64,000 nt of DNA, taken from contig LSRY02000037.1 of the NCBI GenBank assembly GCA_001643675.2, forward strand, positions 186,001-250,000, given 5' to 3'. The notes below the pieces were generated by a model. It ran no database searches, had not been told where the DNA came from, and saw nothing but the letters and a program-made list of their open reading frames with translations. Shown here in pieces: positions 11,436-24,404 of the stretch. The position numbers and the translations under genes were made by a program. Source of the stretch: Monocercomonoides exilis PA203 (Eukaryota; Protista; Preaxostyla). The first letter of the stretch is position 1; each line of letters opens with the position of its first letter.

Positions 11436-13885
11436 GGGCTATCTTCTTATTGGATATTTTTGAATAAGGAAAAAGATTTTTTTGAAATTTTTAAGTACTT
11501 TGAAACGCACCATTAACATTTAAAACTCAAATCTCAAACTCTTTTCATTTTTCTTTTTCCATTTTTTGAATTCAAAGTTATCAAAAATGATCATAACTAT
11601 TTTCATTATCTTTTATGTATTATATTGGACTTTTCACTTTTTCATGAAGGCTATTGTTCCACGATTTCTTTTTTTTTCTCAACGATTTCTTCAATTTTCA
11701 TCTTGTCGTTTTCATTATATTTATCACATTCATCAAAAAGTTTTTCTTTTGTTATTTCTTTTCCGATGAAGTCAAAACAATGGAATGAGAAGGAATGAAG
11801 TATTGAGAAGACTTAGGAAGCTTCAAAAGAACCAACTCAGATCCATTGTTGAGGATTCCGCTTTTGAAGAAGGTTTTTTTGATCACCAATGGAGTGATTG
11901 CTTTGTGAAAAACTTATGGTTACGCATCTGCAACAGCTGTTCTTTTTAAAGATAAGGAGGTGGATGATTGAAAGCTGCAATTGTTAAAAAGAACCGACTT
12001 CAACACTGCAAATACGCATATGTCAAGCAGCTGTAATATGTGTGCTGAATGAAGAACAAAGGTAACGATGTTTATATCTGCTTCTTTGAACTGTCTCCAT
12101 ATTGTGGATCTGCTCGGTGTGAGTTCAAGTTCAAAAGAAGAACGTTGTTTGAAGATTCCATAAAGAAAAGTTTTCTTCTGTTAATAATTGCAAGAAGAAG
12201 AACTGTGATGTCTTATTTGCTGAATAATGTTTAATCCATCCATCTGTTCGAATTTCCATTTACGCCCTTTCTTGATGAAAATTCCATTACAAGTTCTTGA
12301 AAAATAGGTGTGTTCGGTCGCAGCATGACTGGTGCAAAATATTAACCATATACAACGAAACCTGCAATGTGAAAAGTTTTCGGAATCTTTTCAGTCGTTT
12401 TTGAACACAAAATGTTTATAAGTGATATAATTAATTTCGCGTCACCATGAAATCAAAAAATCAAATGATTCATCTTGGCCAAAGAATATTTTTTTCAATA
12501 TTTGTATTATTCTAACAGTTTATTCAAGCGATGTCCTCTAATTTCAGAACATTCTGTAAAAATGATGCTTATCTGTTGGTGTGAATTAATTCAAATTGTG
12601 ACAATTGCAAATCTGAAAGTGTTTTGTGCAATCGAACGTTTTTTTCAATGTGACATTCTTTATTTATCTTATTTTTTATCTTGTTTCAACTGTTTCGGAG
12701 TTGTGAATGATTCATTCAGATAAAAATCAGATTCGGATACAATTCGAATTAACAATGGAACCTGCATGATGAGCGTTTTCAACGGAAGGCTCATCATGAT
12801 TTTTTTCTTGAATCCTCCCATCGGAACATTTCTAGAAATGTGAAGAGGAATAAGAATTTGAAAGGCATATAATTTGAAGAATGCAGAAACAGAAAATTAA
12901 TAATTTCAGCTAATATTCATACGAGAAATAATAACCCCATCTTATTATTACATCTGATGAAAAATCAAAACTCCAATTTCATTTGCTTTTTTTCACAAAT
13001 CATGAAAAATTTTCTGCTCGTTGATATTTCTTTATTTTTTTTAATATCATTATAATTTAGATTCTAATATCTGAGAACGAGCATCATTTATTTCATTTTT
13101 TCAACACAGGATATAATAACTTCGAATACAATCACATTTGTTTCCAGTTTTGTTCTTCAATGCAAGAAGATTCTTTCCATTTTTTCATTTATTTTTTATT
13201 GCGTAATATCACAGGGACATATTAATATTTTTGTGAAGATTCTTTAAGTCATAACTTTTGAAAGAGTGTTGATTTTTTTCAAGGTTTCATATTTTTGGAG
13301 ATGAATTATTATTTTTAAAATAATTAAAAATCGTAGAAAATAAAAACGATGCTTGTGATTATTCTTTTGAAAAAGGAATCTTTGAAAGGAATTTTAATAT
13401 CTCGATGTTCATACATCAATATTCAAAGTTGACTCTTGAAACAATTATATATGATTGGAAAAAATAAACTTTGAAATTTTCACTTATATTTTCTTAATTT
13501 TCGGTTAAATAAACCACAAGACTTTAAACCAAAATTCAAAGTTTGAAGAGCATTTTTTTCCCAGTTTTCCACATAATATCCAAAACCTTCAAATTCAGCT
13601 TCATTTTAACAACAAGTTTTCATACTCCAGAGAACCATCTTAAAAAAGTTTTTGGATATTTGTAAAAAAAGAAACTGTTAAATATTCTATACTGAAAAAA
13701 GAACAAATTTCAAAAAAATGAGATAGAAGAAAAATATATGTTGTTGATATAATACATATCAATAACATATTATGACAATTCAAATGACAAGAATTTAATC
13801 AAAAGATTCAAACGTTCGAAATCAGATAAATATTTATTCTTCCGATTTTTATTAAGGTAATTGATCGTTTTATTTTTATTTTTTG

Positions 13886-15766
13886 ATGGGCTGCACCTCA
13901 AGTAAAAGTGCGACTTATTCCAATAAAACCTCGAACAAGTCACAAACAAGGCCCAGTGGATCTGTCGCAGCAAGTCAATCTCCTTTTAGAATTGCTGATC
14001 CTTCTGACTTTCAGGCAGGTGAAGATAAATTCGATGAAAAACCAAATTCATCTTCTAAATCATCTGAAAATGGAGATAAAAATGAAACTGTTGTAATGAC
14101 AGCAGGGCATTCTGTTGCTGAATATCAAATAATTCTTACTAAATTGAATACAAAAGAATCAAATCTTTTGGAGCAGCAGTGGCGGGCAAAAGAAGATGGC
14201 TACGGATCAAAATGGCTAGAATCTGAAATCGAAAAAGTGAGGTCGCAAAAAAGATTGATTGAATTAAAGATGGAAGTTGCAAAGAAAAACGAAGAGGAAG
14301 CTCTTCGGTCAACTGGTGAAGTTCCTTCTTCTGGAAGAAATACAGGCATGGGACTTACACGTTCTTATTCTACTTCGACTTCTCGACCTCGTTCAATGAG
14401 CGTTTCAAATTCATCTCGATTAAGCACTGGGAAAAATACAATACAAAGATCATATTCTTCTTCTGGCATGACAGCACCACAAAGACGAAGTGCTGCAACA
14501 TCTCCACTTGCCTCACAACAAAGGAGATCAGGTCTTCGTTCTTCCTCAAGCATTTACGATGACGACGACGATGATGACGATAAGATAAATCAAAAAGATG
14601 ATAGCGATGATGATTTATTCAATAAAAACAGAAGAAGACGACCAAATTCAAGTAGCTTTCAGGACCCAAGGGAGCAATCGAATCCTTCGACGATGGTTAT
14701 GTTCGGCTCTTCTTCTTCTTCTACACCCTCATCAAACGAATACAATTCACCGCCTCACTCAAGGGAGATTCCGCTGAAAAGCGAAGGGAAGAAGTTCAAC
14801 GTCACTCCCGCGACGAAGCAGCAGCTGATGGCGACAGAGCGGCAGCTGGACGACGAGAACCTGCTTGTGGCGTGGGGGGACTTCTCCAAAGTGACGCTGG
14901 TGAAGACGACGAACAACTCGAAGGTCTACTCGGCCGAATGGCGTGGGGCGCGTGTGTGTCTGAAGCGCTTCGACGACGCGTTCACAGATACGGTTGAGCT
15001 GGTGAAGGAGATCCAGGTGATGGAGTCTGTGCGGAACGACAACGTCATCTCGCTGCTGGGTGCGTCACTGAAGCCGCCGTTCATAGTGACGCCATGGATG
15101 GAGCGGGGCACGCTGGAGTCGGTGCTGGCGTCGGGCACGAAGCTGAACTGGAACACGAAATACGCCTTCATCTCGTCGATCGCGAACGCGGTGACGTTTC
15201 TGCACCAGCAGAAGCCGAAGCCTGTGTTCCACGCGGACCTGCGCTCGTCGCACATCCTCGTCGACCGCAACTGGACGCTGCACATCGGCGGCTTCGGCTG
15301 CTCTCTGCGGATGGCATTGCACAACCAGGCGAAAGGGGACGATGATGATGAAGATGAAGATGACGACGACGATGATGACACAGATAGCGACGACAGCTCT
15401 TCGTCGGGGAGGCAACCGGCGCTGGTGGTGCTGTCGAAGATTGCGGCGGTGGCGCCTGAAGTGCTGACAGGAACGGTGAAGAACAGGCGATACACAGACT
15501 ACTACTCGTTTGGGGTGATTGCGTGGGAGATAGCAATGTCGTCGGTGGCGTACAAAGGGATGAAGCGGGCGGATGTGATGCGGCGTGTGGTTGATGAGGA
15601 GCTGCGCCCTCCGCTGCGTGTGGAGAGAGGGGTGTATGTCTTTGAGGATGCGCAGATTCCGTCTGAGCTGGGGGCGCTGATTGAGGCGATGTGGGTGACG
15701 AAGCCGAGCGAGAGGATGAGGGTGGATGAGGCGAAGAGGAGGCTGGCGCTGATGGAGCCGAAGTAA
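13886..15766 (+). CDS. N-myristoylated tyrosine-kinase-like (TKL) pseudokinase, 626 aa
   Basis: MGCTSSK N-terminus; kinase fold motifs VCLK, E(alphaC), HADLRSSHILV, IGGFG, APE, DYYSFGVIAWE, LRPP. Confidence 0.85.
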   Translation: MGCTSSKSATYSNKTSNKSQTRPSGSVAASQSPFRIADPSDFQAGEDKFDEKPNSSSKSSENGDKNETVVMTAGHSVAEYQIILTKLNTKESNLLEQQWRAKEDGYGSKWLESEIEKVRSQKRLIELKMEVAKKNEEEALRSTGEVPSSGRNTGMGLTRSYSTSTSRPRSMSVSNSSRLSTGKNTIQRSYSSSGMTAPQRRSAATSPLASQQRRSGLRSSSSIYDDDDDDDDKINQKDDSDDDLFNKNRRRRPNSSSFQDPREQSNPSTMVMFGSSSSSTPSSNEYNSPPHSREIPLKSEGKKFNVTPATKQQLMATERQLDDENLLVAWGDFSKVTLVKTTNNSKVYSAEWRGARVCLKRFDDAFTDTVELVKEIQVMESVRNDNVISLLGASLKPPFIVTPWMERGTLESVLASGTKLNWNTKYAFISSIANAVTFLHQQKPKPVFHADLRSSHILVDRNWTLHIGGFGCSLRMALHNQAKGDDDDEDEDDDDDDDTDSDDSSSSGRQPALVVLSKIAAVAPEVLTGTVKNRRYTDYYSFGVIAWEIAMSSVAYKGMKRADVMRRVVDEELRPPLRVERGVYVFEDAQIPSELGALIEAMWVTKPSERMRVDEAKRRLALMEPK

Positions 15767-16744
15767 AAAGGAGGTGATGAGGAGGTGATGAGGAGGTGAT
15801 GATGATGAGGAGGAGGAGGGGGAAATGGATTGATGAAAAGAAAAGGGGAAAATTAAAAGGAGGAGGAGGAAGAAGAAGAGGAGGAAAGGAAAGGAAAGGA
15901 GAAGGGGAGAAGAGAATAAACATGCTTTAGAAAATGAGTGATGAAGATAGACTTGAACATGTTATTATGTACATTTGAGGTCACAAAATACTAATATTTT
16001 CTCTTTCTTTCTTTCTGTCACATACAAAAATTATAATTATTATTTAATAATAATAATAATAATCATTATCATAATCATCAAACTTCTATATGACTCTGAA
16101 AGGCATCATGTCATATGCACTTTCTGTTTATCCTCTTAGCCAGCAATGCATCAGCAGGCAGACGTGGGTGTGTGTATTTCTTTTGATGGAAGCGTCAAGA
16201 ATACTCTCAGAACAGTCTGCTTTACAAAGATTGCTATAAAATCCACGTTATGAAATGATATTTTTACTATTCTGATATTCCTATTATTTTTCTTGTTTAT
16301 TCTCAATCTTCTATTTTTCTTATTTTTTTTTCTTATTTTTCTTATTTTTCTTATTTTTCTTATTTTTTCTCATTTTTTCCTCAATTTTCTTATTTTTTTT
16401 TTTTCAATCAAAAATTTTGGCAAGTTTGTATGATGCATTGTTATGTTTCTCACTTATATATGTCTCTGCCATCAGAATGGCATTTTCACCAGGTTTGCTT
16501 TGAGCTTTCTATTCACATTCAAATTATTGTTATTATTTTTTTATTATTATTGTTTCTATTGTTATTTTTAATGCCAGTCCACAAACATCCATTTTCTTAG
16601 CGTTTTTATTTTTATTTTTATTTTATTTTTATTTTTATTGTTTATTTTTGTTTTTATTTTCTTGTTTGTATCACATTCAGTTTATTTTTTGGTTCTTTAG
16701 TGAGCCTTGAGTCGCTTTCAAAGCAAATCTTTCATTCATTTATT

Positions 16745-16861
16745 CTTTCTCTTTCTCTTTCTCTTTCTTTTTCTCTTTCTCTTTCTCTTTCTCTTTTTCC
16801 TTCTCCTTCTCTTTCTCTTTCTCTTTCTTTTCTCTTTTCTTTTTCTTTTCTCGATCTTTTC

Positions 16862-16900
<39 letters not shown>
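16745..16900. repeat. Microsatellite tract (TCTTTC)n followed by (CTAT)n
   Basis: Direct inspection. Confidence 0.8.
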
Positions 16901-16902
<2 letters not shown>

Positions 16903-17511
16903 TTGTCTTTTGCATATCATTTTTCACAGATATGTCTATTTGCCTTTTTTATTAAATTTGACTAAATCAATTAGACTTATTTTTATTGAATTTAATTGCT
17001 TTCTTTTCTCACAAAGAGTACGTTTTTTTAGAAACAGTATTTTCGTATTTTTATTTTGGTTTTTGTTTAATTGTTTATCAAAATAATTGCGTTTCTTTTT
17101 AATTTATTTATTTATAAAGCAGATGAATTTCTATTCCTGTTGTCAACAGATTAAATTCGTGGCAGAAAATAATTTTTTTATGATTTTAATTTTTAAAACC
17201 TTTTCTTTTCGAAAGAATTCTTTTCTTTATTTGTGTGCAACATTTTTCCTGTTTTGTTAATTCTAATGTTAATTCTTGGTCTTCGCTTCTGGCATTTCGA
17301 ATTTTTTCATTTCATCAATAATTTTTGTGTTTCTTGTTTTATTCACAATTATTTCGAAAATAATTTGTAAAGTTTTAAGACTTTTATTTTTTTCATATCA
17401 AAATTTAAACATTTTATTGATTCAATTGTTTCATATTTCTCAAAAGATGATCGAAGCAAATGAATTGTTTGCCATAATAAAATATAAGTTTTCAATAATT
17501 CATTTTATTTG

Positions 17512-18486
17512 ATGATTCAGACACAGTTAACTCAAAAGAAGGTTCCGGACATCAACGAAGAATTGGACTGGAAGTCATTCCGCCATGATGTTATATCGTT
17601 GGCGTGGAGCGTTTTGGAAAAGCGCGAAAAGTTTGTGGAGCCAATTCCGTATGTTGTGAAGAACCCGAAGGAGCAGCCAAAGCCCGAGGGGTATCTGCGT
17701 TTTGTGTGTATTTCAGACACACACGGGAGGCACGGGCACATCAGCGGAGGCCTGCCGGAGGGAGATGTGCTTCTTCACAGTGGGGATTTCACGATGACAG
17801 GGCAAGACCGAGAGAACGACAGTTTTGCAGAGTTCATGAGAAGTGTCCCGTTTAAGCATAAGGTTGTGATTGCGGGAAATCACGACATCTCGATGGAGCC
17901 AGGGTTTTATGAGCGGTCGTGGAAGAGATTTGGGCACAAAAAGCAGCTTGTGCCTTCGGAGGAAATTGCGAAGCTGGAAGGGTGCTGCACGTACTTGCAC
18001 GACAAGGAGACGTGCATCGAAGGGATCCGGATATATGGGTCACCGTATCAGGCGTGGTTTTATGATTGGGCGTTCAACTTGGCTCGTGGAGAAGAGTGCA
18101 AAAAGAAGTGGGAGACAGTTCCAGCAGGGATTGACATCCTCATCACGCATGGACCGCCGATGGGCAGAGGCGATACGATTCCATCAGGCACGCACAAAGG
18201 GGATGTGGATCTGCTGGAAGAGATTCGGACGCGAATCCACCCGAAAGTTCATGTTTGCGGACACTTCCACGAAGGACATGGTATCAGCTTCGATGGAGAG
18301 ACAGTCTACATCAACCCTTCGAGCGTGGATGAAGATTACAAGCCGACAAACCCGCCAATTGTGTTTGACTATCCGATTCCATCGTCTTCGTCTGCACCCG
18401 CATCAAAATCATCATCATCAACGATTTCTTCGAATGCTTCTTCAGAGTCCAGTCCAGATCAAACGGAAATGAAATCTGACAACTGA
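17512..18486 (+). CDS. Calcineurin-like metallophosphoesterase (MPPED1/2-like); 5' end uncertain (possible short upstream exon near 17447)
   Basis: Motifs ISDTH, HSGDFT, IAGNHD, LITHGPP, CGHFHE. Confidence 0.9.
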   Translation: MIQTQLTQKKVPDINEELDWKSFRHDVISLAWSVLEKREKFVEPIPYVVKNPKEQPKPEGYLRFVCISDTHGRHGHISGGLPEGDVLLHSGDFTMTGQDRENDSFAEFMRSVPFKHKVVIAGNHDISMEPGFYERSWKRFGHKKQLVPSEEIAKLEGCCTYLHDKETCIEGIRIYGSPYQAWFYDWAFNLARGEECKKKWETVPAGIDILITHGPPMGRGDTIPSGTHKGDVDLLEEIRTRIHPKVHVCGHFHEGHGISFDGETVYINPSSVDEDYKPTNPPIVFDYPIPSSSSAPASKSSSSTISSNASSESSPDQTEMKSDN

Positions 18487-19892
18487 ATTGCGTCAGCTCC
18501 TATTGGGCAACAACATGATATCTGCTTCAAAAGAAAAGAAAGAAAGAAAGAAAAAGCTGAAGTTTTTGCGTTTCAAGGATTGTTTGTTGAAATTGTCTTG
18601 AGTTCAGGGAAATGAAATCTTTTTGCATTGTGGCACAAAGATTCCTTCATTTTTAATGGTTGTACTTATTTTCTGTATTTTCTGAGAGAAAGTGAAATGC
18701 TTCGAGTTATGAACACATTTTTTCTTTTTTCACTTTATGTTGAATCTGATGGATTATTTTTTGTGAATGAAATAGACTGATTTATAAATTGCATTTAAAA
18801 AAAATTTTTGCAAATTAGTTCTCGCAAAATCAACACGAATGCCCATTTATTTTTGAAGATATTCATTGTCAGGCGAAGGAACAATATTCTAAATCTTAGG
18901 AAAATAATAAAAAAAATGAATTTTCTTCAAAAATCTTTGTTTCAAATTTTTTTGAAATGAATAAACTCTATATGAATAACATGCGTTGTTTTTTTTCTGG
19001 TCAATTGAAAGATAAAGTCATCTTTGGTTGCACCATAACATAAATAAATCAATCAAAGAAAAACGATTTATCGAAGATTCCGAGGCTAAAAAGACGAAAA
19101 ACAATTCACATGTGAAGAAAGAAGCATCTTTTGTTCTTGTCTGCTTATAATGAAGGGTTTGCAAAAGTTGCATGCGGAGAATCACAAAGAATAATTTTCT
19201 GATGTTTTTTTGCAGCATATAGAATCAAAAGGAGCAAATAAATAATTTTAAAAGAAAAGGAATTATGAAGTTTATTAAAAAATAAAAAAATACTTCTTCT
19301 TCAAGCATTTTATGAGCAAATAATGCGAAAAGCTTCATTTTTGGTAATTTTTGGAATGAGAATGTCCACATTCCTCACCTTCATATGATTCATCTCTAGT
19401 AATGAATGTTGTGTATGCTTTTCGTAACTGTTATCGATTGTTCATATTTTATTTATTTATTTTTTATTTTCTATCAAAATGCAAATAATTTCATTCGTCA
19501 TAGGGAGATTGAAGCAAAAATGGTTTGAACGAACGATATTAATTTCTCTGTAACTGCCATTTCTTATGGCTTTTGCAAGGGGAAAAAAAGGAGGATTTTT
19601 TAATTTTTTGAATTTTCTTTTTATTTTTGTTTATCTTGATTGTTCAAAAATTGTAAAGAATTCCACTCTAATTGATGTATTTGCCTTATTTAGCAGAGAA
19701 ACAGGTATTATTCATTTTTTGAAAAATTCTTTTGGATTAACAAAGATTTTCTTTATTTTCATAATTTTTTTTTGATTGCTTCAATTTTTAAATAAAGGGT
19801 ATTCAGGAATTCAAATCTTTATATTATATATCACAGGATCAGTCAAACAAATTGCTTCAAAAGTTGTCCTGCACTCTTTGCCTTCAAGAAAA

Positions 19893-22800
19893 ATGTGGCA
19901 TCCTTATGCTTTTCGATGTTCTATTTTGTTTTGTGTATTTTTTGTCTTTTCAAATTCGTTTGCATTCGAGGGACAAAATAATTCGAAATTTGCTGAAATG
20001 AGCTGGAAGGAAACCAATCCATCGAAATTGAACGATGATGAAAAGAATAATTTATATGAAAATGATTATGAAGGAAATTTGAAGAATGATTCTGTCGAAA
20101 TTCAACAGAGGAAAAATGATTGTCTGGAAAAAGCAATAATTTCGTCAAAGCTTGAGTCTTGCATAACGTTGGTAAATTCATCGATCTATTTTCACCTGAT
20201 AGCAATAAGAACTCATTTCAGTGGAATGCCAGCACTTAATGCCGAAAGGTCGATTCTTTTTCTTTCGAATTGCCTGTTGGAAATGTTCAGCAAAGAATAT
20301 TATTCGCCAATCTGCTGTGACCAAAGTGGAGTTGCAATGAACAACATTTCTGCAATTAATAATGAAAACTGCAATGCGTTCCCATGCCTTGTGTCAACAA
20401 CAACGGTCCAAGAAAAGAGCAAAATTGATGTTGGATTTGTTGAAATGGCTTCTTCAATCTTTTCAGACATTATGGTGTCCTCCACCTCTCCATTTGTGGG
20501 AAGCGAACTGTTTTCACAAGTTGATGTTCACATGTGCGAATTCATGAACATCACAGCGCGACAAAAGCCAGCATTTGCAGCAAAAAGTATTTTGAAGCAA
20601 ACTTTGCAGAAAAACGTTGTTTCTGGATGTATTTTTTGCTATTGTGCCAACACGTTCGATGGAGTGATTGTTGGAGCGGAAAGGGGAAGCGGATTTGTTT
20701 CGATGAACACCACCTTTTCTGAAGCCAAGAACTCATACAAAGATCAGCCTTTTACAAGTCCTTTGCCATCATTTATATCTGGAGATATTGTGTTTGTTGG
20801 ATGCACATTCACCAACTGCTCTTCTTCAGATCGAAATGGAGGAGCAATCTCAGTGAAAGGATCAGCCAATCTGAATGTGACAGATTGTTCATTTTCAGGT
20901 TGCAGCACAAGGAACGACAAAAATACATACACAAGAGGAGGAGCCTTATATCATGACAATCAATTTGTCTGCATCATTGTGAACACAAATTTTTCAAAGT
21001 GTTATGTTAATTTGACATCAGTTTCATTTGGAGGGGCTATGTGTTTATTTTATGGTTTGTTTAGCATTTATGGATGTATGTTTTTTAATTGCAACACAAA
21101 TAATTACTGTGGAGCACTAAATTGCGAACATGGAATTTTGAAGTTATGCTCAAGTTCATTTTCAAATTGTGAATCAGTAGTCTATGGTGGATCTATTCAC
21201 ACACACAATTTAAAAGAAAAATCTTTTGCAACAGATTGCAGAATTTCGAATTCTCACACCGAAAGCCATTCAGGTGCAATATCGCAATCAATACCATTGG
21301 ACGCATCCATTTTATGCATAAAATATTGTTTTTTTCAAAACAATTCTGCTGACTCAAATGAAGGACATGATATTCATTACTGGAATCCAGATAGCACCAA
21401 AGTTACTTCCGATTGCATCAGATATTCCTTTTCACGTTCGAATAAAAACAACAGAGTCACAACAAATGTTGACAGAAGTGAATGGCTTCCAGACCCAAAT
21501 GCAAGTCCAGATCCAATCCTTGTGAATTCAGCGAAGTCTGGAGGAGACCACAACGACTGTGGAGGAACCGATGATGAATGCCGAACAATTGGTTTTGCAA
21601 TGAATCAGTGGGTAAGTTTCAAGCACCATTCAATAAGATTGGAAAGCGAATGCTTTGAGGAAACCGAAATAGAAGTAGGCGGAAGAAGTGTTTTGTTGAA
21701 GAAGAGTGATGGATTGGACAGAGTGAACATTTCGAGTCACACAGAATCCGGATCATTGTTTTTCGTTGAATATGGATCACTTGAGATGGAGTTATTTACT
21801 CTCATTCACAGCTCAAGCATTTCCATCAATTCATTTCTTTTTCAGGTGACTGGAATGTTTGGATTTGTGCATCTGGATAAATGTGTAATCACAAGTGATA
21901 CGCCTGATGGTATTTTCAACAGGCCTTTTCTAAGTGCTGACGAAGGCAGAATCTTTCTCGATGATTGTGAAGTCAAGAACATTGTCTTTTCAGACTGCTG
22001 CCTTTTGTCGACGAGCAACTGTGGAGAGATATGTGTTCATGGGGGAAACATCACAGAGATTGTGAGAAAAGTTGGAGATGGTGCCTTGATATTGAAGGCA
22101 TTCAAAGGAGAGGAGCGCCTTGAATGGGAAAACACAACGGTTAGTGGATGCAGATGCTTGAATGGAAATGGAGGGATGGCTTCCTTGACGCTTGCTGAGG
22201 GAAGTCAATTGTCGATAGGGAAAGAAGGGTTGACAACAGCAATGAAAAACTGTGTGGCCAATGATGGAGAAGGAAATGCGCAAAATGGCAAAGGGAGAGG
22301 AGGATGCATCTATCTGAAGCTGACAAACGCAGCAGATGATTTTGTGATTTCGAATCCAGGGTTTGAGAATAACAGTGCGCTGTTTGGGAAAGATTTTTAT
22401 GTGTATTCTCCAAATCTGAAGGCAAGTGTCACAAGAGAAAGAATTGCATATTATTCCACATTATTCACTGTTGACGAAGCAATGGGCACAGATGAAGGAA
22501 CACCAGAGGTGGTCATCCCGCTTGTTTATTGCCTGAGAGAAAGAGGAGAAAGAGTAAATGTCGGAAGCAACGGAGTGGATGTTGGAGTGTGTGGCTTTGA
22601 AGACTATCCGTGCAAAACAATGCAGTTTTCTCTCGCTCAACAGGAAAAAGTGCACAAATTGACAATTGCTTCGTCGTATTCCCTTTCAGAGTGTTTGAGT
22701 TTGATGGGAAATGAAGAATACAGCATCAGAGGAGTGAATGGAAAATCGGAAATAAGTGTTGTTGGAAATGGGAGCGAGCAGAGTGGAGTGATTGAGGTGA

Positions 22801-24038
22801 TGAGTGATGTTGGCATTAGTCTTGTGAGCTTGTCCTTGGAGGCATGGCTACAATCATCGCAAACGGCAGTGTTTGTTGTGGGAGAGGAAGTCGAAGGAAG
22901 CCTGCAGATATCATCATCACTTGTGAAGGGAAGCAATTCAATTTCGGAGATTGGGTACTCTCTTGTTGTTGTGAAGAATGGAAAAGCTGAATTGAATGAT
23001 ATGGAAGTCGATAGTCTAGCATTCAAGGAGCCCATGATCATCTGCGCTCAAATGGGCACAAAAGTCAAAGCAGTTAATCTTGTTTGCACCGATGTGTTGA
23101 GCTCCGAATCTGGTCTGATAAAGGCAGAAAGTGATTCAGAATTGCTGATAAGTGGCTCGAAGTTTGAAAGCACAGGAAGGAACAAAGGGTCTGTAATCAG
23201 CATCAACAAGGCGAGAAACAGCATTGTCAATCGAACCATATTCAGTGGATGCTTGCTTTCAAGTGGAGATGGAGGAGCGATTCAGGGTGTTATTGGACAA
23301 GGCCAGAAACTTGAGGTTGAAGGAGGAGAGATGAATGGGGTCTGTGAGAAGGGAAATGGAGGAGGAATGAAGATAGTGATGGAAAAAGATTCTATCTTTT
23401 ATGTTGGAATCGAAGGATTGGCGAAGTTGAAAGGATGCCAAGCTGGAATGATTGGAGACAAGGGAGGATATGGAGGAGGGATATGGCTGGATTGTGTGAA
23501 ATCCACGGGCGACTTTCGGCTGAAAAATGTTGAATTTGCAGGTTGTGTTGCAAACAAATGTGGGAAAAACATGTTTGTGAAGACAGAAAAAATGGGGAAT
23601 GTGATTGACAGCATGAGGATTGGATTTGGTCCAGATCTTTTGAAAGAAGATGAGATTGCGGGAACAGAGAAAGAAGATGAAGGGTATGTGATTCCACTTG
23701 TGTTATTCTTGCGAGAGGATGTTTCAGAAGTTGCAGTTGGTGGGACAAATAAAAAAGATTTTTCCCGATGTGGGTATGCAGGGTATCCATGTGAAACAGT
23801 TCAGTTCGGGATTGCACAATGGAAAAAGGCAAGTGGAATAAGCTTGAAGATTAGTGAATCTGGAATTCTTGGATCAGAACTGTTATTGGCGAGTGGATCG
23901 AGCACATTCAGAGGAGCTGAGTTGGAGGCGAGGATGGATGTGTATGAAAACATAACAGTGAATCAGAGTGCTATGATTGAAGCGAGTTCAAATTGTTTGT
24001 TTGAGTCTCTTTTTTTGGTTGTTCCAGAGAGTCTTAAT
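19893..24038 (+). pseudogene. 5' part (1382 codons) of a giant receptor-like surface protein interrupted by the DIRS element
   Basis: Signal-peptide-like start MWHPYAFRCSILFCVFFVFSNSFA; GGAI/GGG..Y/F..N beta-helix repeats; CG....PC.T modules; the frame stops at the TGA formed by the first bases of the element. Confidence 0.85.
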
Positions 24039-24128
24039 TGAAAAAGAAAATGTGAATCTCACTTCCTTCTCTTCTATTTACGAGAGAGATCATCACTTAA
24101 GGGTCAGTCACCCAACTGATCTGAAATG
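24039..24128 (-). repeat. DIRS 3' inverted terminal repeat
   Basis: TCTCACTTCCTTCTCTTCTATTTACGAGAGAGATCATCACTTAAGGGTCAGTCAC is the exact reverse complement of 28649-28703. Confidence 0.9.
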
Positions 24129-24297
24129 CAAAATAGTAATAGATTACAACGGTGATGTGAAATAGCTAAAAAGGATAGAAACATTAAAAAACATAACAAT
24201 GTTATGGCGCTCATTACATATCACGCCTGAAGAAGAAGGAAGATGGGTCATTAACAGAATCTGTTTATAATAAGGGTGGGAGTGTATCGAGGCGGGA

Positions 24298-24404
24298 AGA
24301 AGAGAAGGAAGTGAGATTCACATTTTCTTTTTCAATCAAAGCGCAAGCACTTTGATTTAAAAGAAAACATTCTCTCACTTCCTTCTCTTCTATTTACGAG
24401 AGAG
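24298..24404 (-). other. DIRS internal complementary region (ICR): head-to-tail complement of both element ends, i.e. the circle junction
   Basis: 24298-24336 is the reverse complement of the left end and 24335-24404 of the right end; they overlap at the AT at 24335-24336. Confidence 0.9.

Noticed and set aside
11566-12900. Short ORFs and coding-like patches
   Set aside because: Multiple stops in all frames and no family assignable
24298-24404. CRISPR-like or tRNA-like reading of the repeated ends and hairpin
   Set aside because: Fully explained as the DIRS ITR/ICR system; no repeat-spacer periodicity or cloverleaf
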